Source: Planctomycetota bacterium
Lineage (GTDB): Bacteria; Planctomycetota; UBA1135; UBA2386
NCBI GenBank assembly: GCA_965223545.1
Contig: OZ245006.1
Span: forward strand, 5,920,001 to 5,984,000
DNA: 64,000 bases
Direction: 5' to 3'
Shown here: positions 57,482 to 64,000 of the stretch, one piece after another
Layout of the letters: each line of letters begins with the position of its first letter
Position numbering within the stretch: position 1 is the first letter of the stretch
The notes under the pieces: generated by a model
Told to the model about the DNA's origin: nothing
Seen by the model: only the letters and a program-made list of their open reading frames with translations
The model's database searches: none
Made by a program: the position numbers and the translations under genes

Positions 57482-58786
57482 TCAGAAATCCGGCGCCGGA
57501 GCGCCGGCTTCGCACTGCTGCAGGCGATCGCGCATGAACGCGCGTTCCGGCTCGCTGGCGACCAGCATCAGCGCCGCGCGCAGGGCCTCGGCTGCCGCGC
57601 TGTGATCGCCGATGGTCCAGAGCAGCTGCGCGCGGGTTGCGGGGAGCAGGGCGTAGTCGCGCAGGGCCGGCTCGCCGGTGAGCGCATCGAGCTCCCGCAG
57701 CGCGCGCTCCGCGCCTTCGACTTTGGCGACCGCGACCGCGCGGTTGAGGGCGGCCACCGGGCCGCCGCCGATGCGCAACAGCTGATCGTAGTGCGTCAGG
57801 ATGGTGCGCCAGTCGGTGGCATCGTAGGTCTGTGCGATCGCGTGACAGCTGGCGATGGCGGCCTCGACGTGGAACGTCGTCAGGTGTGGCCCGCCGATGG
57901 ACTGCTTGAAGTGGTGGAAGCCGCCCTGAATCGCGCCGCGGTCCCACCGCTTGCGATCCTGCTGGGAAAGGGTGAGGAGCTCGCCGAAGTCGTTGGTGCG
58001 GGCGGGGATGCGCGCCGCCAAGAAGAGCATCAGCGCCAGCAGTGCGTGGGCCTCGGCGGCTGGCGCGAGTGCGTCGGCGCACAGCAGATCGGCGAGCCGG
58101 ACGGCCTCGCGCACCAGATCGGTGCGCACCAGGTCCTGGCCGCTGTGGGCCCGGTAGCCCTCGTTGAACATCAGATACAACACGTCGAGCACCGCTTGGC
58201 GGCGCGGCGCAAGCTCGGTGCCGGACGGCATCTCGAAGCGCACGCCGCCCTCGCGCAGCTGGGCCTTGGCGCGCGACAACCGCTGGGCGACGGCCGACTC
58301 GCGCGCGAGCAGCGCCGCGGCGATCTCCGAGGTGCCGAAGCCGCCGACCATTTTCAGCGTCAGCGCGATGCGCGAGGCGTGCGACAGGCTCGGGTGGCAG
58401 CACATGAACATCATGCGCAGCGTGTCATCGGCGACTGCGTCGTCGGCGCCGGGCGTGGCCGCGGCACGCTGCCGCGTGCGCTCGACCAGTAGCGGTTCGG
58501 CGAGCGAGTGCAGCCGCTCGCGGCGCAGAGCGTCGGTCGCGAGCCGCCGCGCCACCACCGTCAGCCAGGCGCGGGGGTCGTCGGGGGTCCCCTCGTACGG
58601 CCAGAGCTTGACGGCGCGCAGCAGTGCATCCTGCACGACGTCCTCGATCAGCGACAGCCGGCCGGGACCGAGGTCGCGCGTCAGCCGCGCGACGAGCTGG
58701 CCGTACTGGCGCCGAAACAGGTCGTCGAGCAGAGGGCCGACGCGGTGGCCGCCGCTGCCGGCGGCAGCCTCGCCGGCTCGGCTCAC
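57482..58786 (-). CDS. ECF42-like sigma factor with C-terminal TPR-like extension
   Basis: EDVVQDALL, MFMCCHP, YLMFNEGY, LSQQDR..WD, AAIASCH and LNRAVA motifs; adjacent DGPF gene. Confidence 0.9.
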   Translation of the reverse strand: MSRAGEAAAGSGGHRVGPLLDDLFRRQYGQLVARLTRDLGPGRLSLIEDVVQDALLRAVKLWPYEGTPDDPRAWLTVVARRLATDALRRERLHSLAEPLLVERTRQRAAATPGADDAVADDTLRMMFMCCHPSLSHASRIALTLKMVGGFGTSEIAAALLARESAVAQRLSRAKAQLREGGVRFEMPSGTELAPRRQAVLDVLYLMFNEGYRAHSGQDLVRTDLVREAVRLADLLCADALAPAAEAHALLALMLFLAARIPARTNDFGELLTLSQQDRKRWDRGAIQGGFHHFKQSIGGPHLTTFHVEAAIASCHAIAQTYDATDWRTILTHYDQLLRIGGGPVAALNRAVAVAKVEGAERALRELDALTGEPALRDYALLPATRAQLLWTIGDHSAAAEALRAALMLVASEPERAFMRDRLQQCEAGAPAPDF

Positions 58787-59151
58787 TCCTCGGGCTGTCC
58801 CATGAAGTCGAGCTCGCGAATCTCGATGCTGCCGAAGCGGAAGTTCGGGTGGTCCTTGCAGAGCTTCGCGGCGTGCTCGTAGCTGTCGGCCTCGATCAGA
58901 TACACGCCGCCGACGACCTCTTTGGTCTCGGTGTACGGGCCGTCCTTGATCTGGACGTCGCCGCTGGCCTGCGGCTGCATCACGCAGCCGCCTTCGTCGG
59001 CGAGCTTGCGCCCCAGCTGGAGGCGCCCCTCGCTTTCCATCATGGCGCCCCAGGCGCCGTACCCCTCGATGATCTCTTGCATGTCCTGCGGGCTGAGATC
59101 GGAGAAGTCCTTCGTGATGTCGGTGCGGAGGATGAGGATGTACTTCGTCAT
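58783..59151 (-). CDS. YciI/DGPF-family protein
   Basis: IKDGPYTETKEVVGGVYLIEA, SIEIRE; directly upstream of the ECF42-like gene. Confidence 0.92.
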   Translation of the reverse strand: MTKYILILRTDITKDFSDLSPQDMQEIIEGYGAWGAMMESEGRLQLGRKLADEGGCVMQPQASGDVQIKDGPYTETKEVVGGVYLIEADSYEHAAKLCKDHPNFRFGSIEIRELDFMGQPEE

Positions 59152-59321
59152 TTCGGTGTTGCGATATGGTTGGGCCGGATCGTGTGTCCAGCATGCCCCA
59201 CGGACGGTTCGGCGGTGTCGGCTTCGACACCGGTTTTCGCGGGATTGCGAAATCCGCCCGCCCGGAGGCCGGGTCCGAAAACCGCCAGCACCCCTGGCCG
59301 CGGCAGGTCATCGTCGAGCCC

Positions 59322-60767
59322 ATGAACGACGCCCAGTGCTACACCGCGCTGGCCGCGCGCGACGCGCGGTTCGATGGCCGCTTCTTCACGGCGGTGCGGA
59401 CGACGGGGGTGTTCTGCCGGCCGGTGTGCCCGGCGCGCACGCCGAAGCGTGAGAATGTCGAGTTCTTCTCATCGGCGGCCGCAGCCGCGGCGCGCGGCTA
59501 CCGCCCGTGCCTGCGCTGCCGGCCGGAGACCGCACCGGGGACACCGGCGTGGAACGGCAGTGCGGGGCAGGTCGACCGCGCCTTGCGCGCGATCGCCGAC
59601 GGTGCCCTCGACGAGGACGGCGTCGACGCCCTCGCCGCTCGGCTCGGCATCAGCAGCCGGCACCTCGGCCGCCTGTTTCGCCGCGAAGTGGGCGTGCCGC
59701 CGGGTGCGGTGGCGCGCACCCGGCGCTTGCTGTTCGCGGCCCAGCTGCTGGCGGAGACGTCGCTGCCGGTGACCCGAGTTGCGCATGCCTCGGGCTTTCG
59801 CAGTGTGCGTCGGTTCAACGAAGCCCTGCGCGAGACCTACGGGCGGAGCCCCACCGATCTGCGCCGGCAGCGTCGGCTGGTGCCGGCGGCGGAGGGACGC
59901 GTCGCGCTGCGGTTGACCGCGCGTCCACCCTTCGCGTGGGAGCCGTTGTTTGCCTATCTGCGCACGCGCGCCATCGCCGGCGTGGAGGAGGTCGGCGACG
60001 CCCACTACGCGCGTACGTTCGACGTGGATGGCGTGCGCGGAGTGCTCGTCGTGCGGCCGTTGCCCGATGCGGCCGGCGTGTCGCTGGAGCTGCCCGCGGC
60101 GGCGACCCGGGCGCTGCGACCGTTGGTGCGGCGAGTGCGCCGCTTGTTCGACCTGGACGCCACGCCGGCACCGATCGCCGGCCACCTGGGCCGGGACCCC
60201 GAGCTCGCGCCGTGGCTGCGCGCGTGGCCGGGGCTGCGGGTGCCGGGCGCGTTCGATCGAACCGAGCTGGTGGTGCGCGCGATTCTCGGCCAACAGGTCA
60301 CGGTTGCCGGCGCCACGACCCTCGCCGCGCGCGTGGCCGACGCCCACGGGGTCGCCATCGAGGAGCCCGGTTGGCCGAGCCTGCGTCGCGCCTTCCCCGG
60401 TGCGGACCGATTGCGCGGGGTCGACTTCGCCGGGGTCGGCGTGCCGCGCGCGCGGCGCCGGGCGCTCTGCGCCGCGGTCCGTGTGTGTGCGGAGCCGGCG
60501 CCGGCGGACCGAACCCTGGAAGACGTGGTCGCGCGATGGACGGCGTTGCCCGGCATCGGGCCGTGGACCGCGCAGTACATCGCGCTGCGGGCGGAGCGGC
60601 ACCCCGACGCTTGGCCGGCGGGCGATCTCGTGCTGTGCCGGCAGCTCCGCCTCGCCACTGCGGCGGAAGCCGAGCGGCGCGCGCACGCGTGGCGGCCGTG
60701 GCGGGCGTACGCCGCGGTGTACTGCTGGCAGGCAGTCTCGGCGTCGCTCGATGCCGCCCGGCCGTAA
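59322..60767 (+). CDS. alkA: Ada Zn-binding/AraC HTH-AlkA fusion (DNA-3-methyladenine glycosylase II)
   Basis: RDARFDG, CRPVCP, RPCLRCRP, AraC HTH, ILGQQV, LPGIGPWTA..I, D and WRPWRAY motifs. Confidence 0.93.
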   Translation: MNDAQCYTALAARDARFDGRFFTAVRTTGVFCRPVCPARTPKRENVEFFSSAAAAAARGYRPCLRCRPETAPGTPAWNGSAGQVDRALRAIADGALDEDGVDALAARLGISSRHLGRLFRREVGVPPGAVARTRRLLFAAQLLAETSLPVTRVAHASGFRSVRRFNEALRETYGRSPTDLRRQRRLVPAAEGRVALRLTARPPFAWEPLFAYLRTRAIAGVEEVGDAHYARTFDVDGVRGVLVVRPLPDAAGVSLELPAAATRALRPLVRRVRRLFDLDATPAPIAGHLGRDPELAPWLRAWPGLRVPGAFDRTELVVRAILGQQVTVAGATTLAARVADAHGVAIEEPGWPSLRRAFPGADRLRGVDFAGVGVPRARRRALCAAVRVCAEPAPADRTLEDVVARWTALPGIGPWTAQYIALRAERHPDAWPAGDLVLCRQLRLATAAEAERRAHAWRPWRAYAAVYCWQAVSASLDAARP

Positions 60768-60832
60768 TCGCGTCCGTTCCACCGTCGTGTTCCGGGAGCG
60801 TCCGGCGCCGGCCGTCGTCGTGGTCGTCATTC

Positions 60833-63415
60833 ATGACCGAGACCTCTCCTCGGGCGGCGTCCCGGCGGCTGCGATTGCTCACCATCCTCGCGATGCCGCT
60901 CCTGCTGGTCGGCAGCGCGCTCTGGCTGCTGCGCGCGCCCTCGACGCCCGCCCCCCTGGGTGAGGTCGGCTCCGTCGACCCCGGCGTGGCGGCGGCGACC
61001 GTGTTGCAGGCGGAAGGCGCGGCCGGTGCCGGGGCCACGCCCGGGCCGGGCGCGGACGAGCCTGCGCCGGGCCGGCGGGCGGTGCCCGAAGCGGTCGCCT
61101 CCGGTCGGCCGCCGACCATCACCGGCGTGTGCGTGGACGAATCCGGCGCCGCCCTCGTCGACGCGCAGGTCCGGCTGACGGCGGTGAGTCCCGTGGATGC
61201 CGTCGTGCCCGCGCCGCGGCGCGTCGATGCCGGCGGGGCGTTCTCGATCGAGGTCCAACCTGCGACGCTGTATCGCATCGAAGTGACGGCGCCGCAACGG
61301 GTGCCGCTGGTCGGGAGCTCCGGCAAGCTGGACCCCGGCCGCGTGCTCGCCCTGGGCACGGTCGCGCTGCACCGCGGACGGATCGGGCGAGTCGCCGTCG
61401 TCGGCGAGGACGGCAGCATGCAGCCGGGAGTCATCCTGGAGATCGCCGACCGTCGAAGGCGCCTCCTGCAGCATCGGCTGCGACCGGAGTCGGTGCACCG
61501 CGCGGCGACCGATGCCGCCGGGGTGGCGTACTTCGACGTGCCGGTCCGACCGAGCAGCTGGCACCTGCGGATGTACTCCCACAAGCCCAAGGGCTCGACC
61601 GAGTTCGACATCGAGGATCAGCCCGGTCCGTTCACGCACGAAGTGATGGTCGAGGCACGGGCCGCGAGTCGCATCTACGGCCGCGTCATCGATGGTCGAG
61701 GCGCACCGCTGCGCGCCCGCGTCCTGGCGTTTCGCGACGGCGCGCCCGCGCTCGCGTTCGCCGACAGTACCGAGGAGGGTCGTTTCGAGATCCGCCGTCC
61801 CGCCGGCGACGACGTGGAGGACCCGGTGCGGCTGCGCGTCGAGGTGCGGGGCACGGTGCGGTTGGAGACCCAGCGGGCGTGGAAATGGGGCAGCGAAGTG
61901 CAGCTGACCGCGTCGCTGGCGACCGCGCTCGAGGTCGCCGTGGTCGACACCGAGCTGCGACCCGTGCGCAGGTTCTCGCTGTACGTGTTCCCGCCCCGCA
62001 GCCGTGAGTTCAAACAACTCCGGGCGCGGAGCAGTGGAGCGCACCCGGACGGAGTCGCCCGCGTCGGCGACATCGACCGCGGTCCCAATGTCCTGTTGGT
62101 GCGGGCCGAGGACCGTGGATTGGTGCAAGACGGTCTGCCACGCGTCGCCGCCGCGATGGGGCAGCGCGTGCGGGTGCAGCTGGACCGCGCGGTCGAGCGC
62201 CGCGTGCGAGTGGTGGATTCGAGCGGCAGGCCGGTGGCGGGGGCGAGCGTCGAGCTGATCCTGCCGCTCGACGAGCGACCGATCGGTCCGGCGACGCCGG
62301 CCAGCGATCTGTTCAGGCTGTACACGTTGCCCGAGCGGGCGGCGCTGTTGCACGACACCGCGATCACCAGTCCGCGCGGCCGGGCGACGGTGGCCGGTCA
62401 CCCGCGCACCGAGTACGCCCTGCGCGTCACTGCTCCGGACTACGTTCCGTTTCAGCGTCCCATCGTGTTGGCGACCTTGCCGCTCGACGCCGAGCTGGTC
62501 TTGAGTCGCGGGGCGCGCATCGAGGGGCGCTTGGGACCGGCGAGAGCGGTCGAGCTCTTGGCGCGGCTGCGCGGAGTTCAGGCGCGGGCCAAGCCGCGGC
62601 TCTCGCCCGATTCCGGCCGGGTCGAGCGTGCGGGGGTCGAGCTGACGTTGACTGGCGCGAGTCCGGGGGGCGAGCGCCGGCTGTTCTCCGTCAGCGGCAT
62701 GGGCAACGACGGGGTGTTCGCCTTTGCCAATGTGCCGCCCGGCGAATGGGGTGTCGAGCTGTCCTGGCGGCAGAATGTCTTGGGGCAGACTTCGGTTGCG
62801 CGACAGCGGCGCGTGCTCGGCATGCTCGGTGTCGCTGGTGGCGGGTCGGTCGTCCACGTGGCGTACGACCTCTTCGATCTGCCACTTGGCGAGCTGCGTG
62901 GCCGGGTCGAGCACAACGGTGAACCGTTCAGCGGTTGGCTCGTGCTGCGCCCGGCCGACGCCGACCCGGACCAACCAGGCCCCCGCCTTTCGGTGCGCAA
63001 GGGCGACGTCTCGAGTGTGGTGGGCGCCGGCCGTTGGGCGATCTCGGCCGCAGTGCGCGAACGCGTCAAGACGGAGTTGCGGTTCGAGTTCGAGTCACCG
63101 CTTGATCTGGAGACCGTCGTCGAGGTGGCGCCCCTGGGCGCGGCCACCCTCGACCTCCGCTTCGGCGACGGGGTGCTGCGCGGCACGGTCGCGCGTGCCG
63201 ATGGCGCTCCCGCGGCAGGACACGTCCTCGTGGCCCGCGTCCCCGACGGCCCATCGCTGAAGGTCACCATCAACAAGAACGGTTCCCTACGACACCGTCT
63301 CCTGCCAGGCACCTACACCGCCACTCTCCGCGCCAGCGACGACCCCGACGCCGAGCCCATCGACCTCGGCACCTTCAGAATCTCCCCCGCCCGCACCACC
63401 GAAGTCCGCTGGTGA
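60833..63415 (+). CDS. Membrane-anchored carboxypeptidase-regulatory-like repeat protein
   Basis: N-terminal TM helix; ITGVCVDESG, IYGRVIDGRG, VVDSSGRPVAGA and VPPGEW repeats. Confidence 0.75.
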   Translation: MTETSPRAASRRLRLLTILAMPLLLVGSALWLLRAPSTPAPLGEVGSVDPGVAAATVLQAEGAAGAGATPGPGADEPAPGRRAVPEAVASGRPPTITGVCVDESGAALVDAQVRLTAVSPVDAVVPAPRRVDAGGAFSIEVQPATLYRIEVTAPQRVPLVGSSGKLDPGRVLALGTVALHRGRIGRVAVVGEDGSMQPGVILEIADRRRRLLQHRLRPESVHRAATDAAGVAYFDVPVRPSSWHLRMYSHKPKGSTEFDIEDQPGPFTHEVMVEARAASRIYGRVIDGRGAPLRARVLAFRDGAPALAFADSTEEGRFEIRRPAGDDVEDPVRLRVEVRGTVRLETQRAWKWGSEVQLTASLATALEVAVVDTELRPVRRFSLYVFPPRSREFKQLRARSSGAHPDGVARVGDIDRGPNVLLVRAEDRGLVQDGLPRVAAAMGQRVRVQLDRAVERRVRVVDSSGRPVAGASVELILPLDERPIGPATPASDLFRLYTLPERAALLHDTAITSPRGRATVAGHPRTEYALRVTAPDYVPFQRPIVLATLPLDAELVLSRGARIEGRLGPARAVELLARLRGVQARAKPRLSPDSGRVERAGVELTLTGASPGGERRLFSVSGMGNDGVFAFANVPPGEWGVELSWRQNVLGQTSVARQRRVLGMLGVAGGGSVVHVAYDLFDLPLGELRGRVEHNGEPFSGWLVLRPADADPDQPGPRLSVRKGDVSSVVGAGRWAISAAVRERVKTELRFEFESPLDLETVVEVAPLGAATLDLRFGDGVLRGTVARADGAPAAGHVLVARVPDGPSLKVTINKNGSLRHRLLPGTYTATLRASDDPDAEPIDLGTFRISPARTTEVRW

Positions 63416-63417
63416 GT

Positions 63418-63434
63418 ACGGAGCCTGGCTCCGT
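63418..63434. terminator. Short hairpin ACGGAGC-CTG-GCTCCGT between convergent genes
   Basis: 7-bp stem immediately after the stop at 63415; there is no strong U-tail. Confidence 0.35.
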
Positions 63435-63457
63435 TCCATCATCCACCACCCCACTCC

Positions 63458-64000
63458 TCACCGCAGGTCGATGACGAACGCCTGCGCCGCGCCCTCCCGG
63501 GCGACCTCGATCTCGACTTCGTTCTCGCCACCACCGAACTCCATGGCGTGCACCCGGTAGGTTCCGGGCGGAAGCGCGAGTCGCAGCCGCTCGATGCGCT
63601 GTTCGGGGTCGTCGAAGTAGGGCCACAGGCGGTGGAACACGATGCGTTCGCCGTCGCCGTCGTGGATCGTGAGCACGCCGTTGAGCATGTCGTTCGCGCC
63701 CTCGGCGGGCGCCTTGCAACGCAGCTCGAGCGTGATGGGGACGGCGGTGTCCGCGACGATCTCGATGGCGCGCTCTTCACCGGGTGCGAGCGTCACCGGG
63801 ACCTGGCATGGAACCGCGTCTTCCGCCAAGAAACGGACCACGTAAGGGCCTGGGTCGAGGCCGTCCACGCGGTAGCTCCCGTCGATCTCGTCCGGTTGGA
63901 GGTTCTCGGCTCCCGGGTTCACATCGCCGGGGTGGCCGACCCGGACGACGGCGCCCCGTGGCGGCGCGCCCCCCGCACCGCGCACCCGAATGAGCAGTGA
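63458..64000 (-). CDS. Carboxypeptidase-regulatory-like repeat protein, C-terminal part (5' end outside the window)
   Basis: Frame is open to the window edge; DGSYRVDGLDPGPY and LPPGTYRV motifs. Confidence 0.7.
   Translation of the reverse strand, partial: SLLIRVRGAGGAPPRGAVVRVGHPGDVNPGAENLQPDEIDGSYRVDGLDPGPYVVRFLAEDAVPCQVPVTLAPGEERAIEIVADTAVPITLELRCKAPAEGANDMLNGVLTIHDGDGERIVFHRLWPYFDDPEQRIERLRLALPPGTYRVHAMEFGGGENEVEIEVAREGAAQAFVIDLR

Overview
Very GC-rich bacterial DNA carrying about 44 densely packed genes. The gene content (several ECF sigma factors including one fused to a membrane-anchored repeat domain, exported HEAT/WD40/BNR proteins, a sulfatase fusion, many carboxypeptidase-regulatory-like proteins) suggests a Planctomycetota genome; this is an inference. 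In order: a partial thiolase; a patatin-ferredoxin fusion; cbpA-cbpM; an SBBP-repeat surface protein; a Wzm/Wzt polysaccharide locus; VPS10/BNR and WD40 proteins; a DEAD-box helicase; an ECF sigma factor; a two-component system; a HEAT protein; an M43 protease; an hcrCAB-like xanthine-oxidoreductase-family operon continuing into an ACT protein and egtD; a sulfatase; a UDPGP-type pyrophosphorylase; recG; nnrE; an MFS transporter; a TetR/serine-hydrolase cassette; a transmembrane ECF fusion; a radical SAM protein; ECF42 plus DGPF protein; and ada/alkA. I saw no tRNA, rRNA, CRISPR array or transposase. The best candidate for an undescribed system is the five-gene operon at 32080-37517, in which a Mo-enzyme whose catalytic Glu is replaced by Gln is coupled to an egtD with no egtB in the window. 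Other leads are a Ser-less patatin fused to a ferredoxin, a C-terminal domain shared by two unrelated secreted proteins, a PEP-CTERM-like mini-protein, and recurrent leaderless-type promoters. All assignments come from reading motifs by eye; no searches were run, and several start codons were re-chosen relative to the ORF track.
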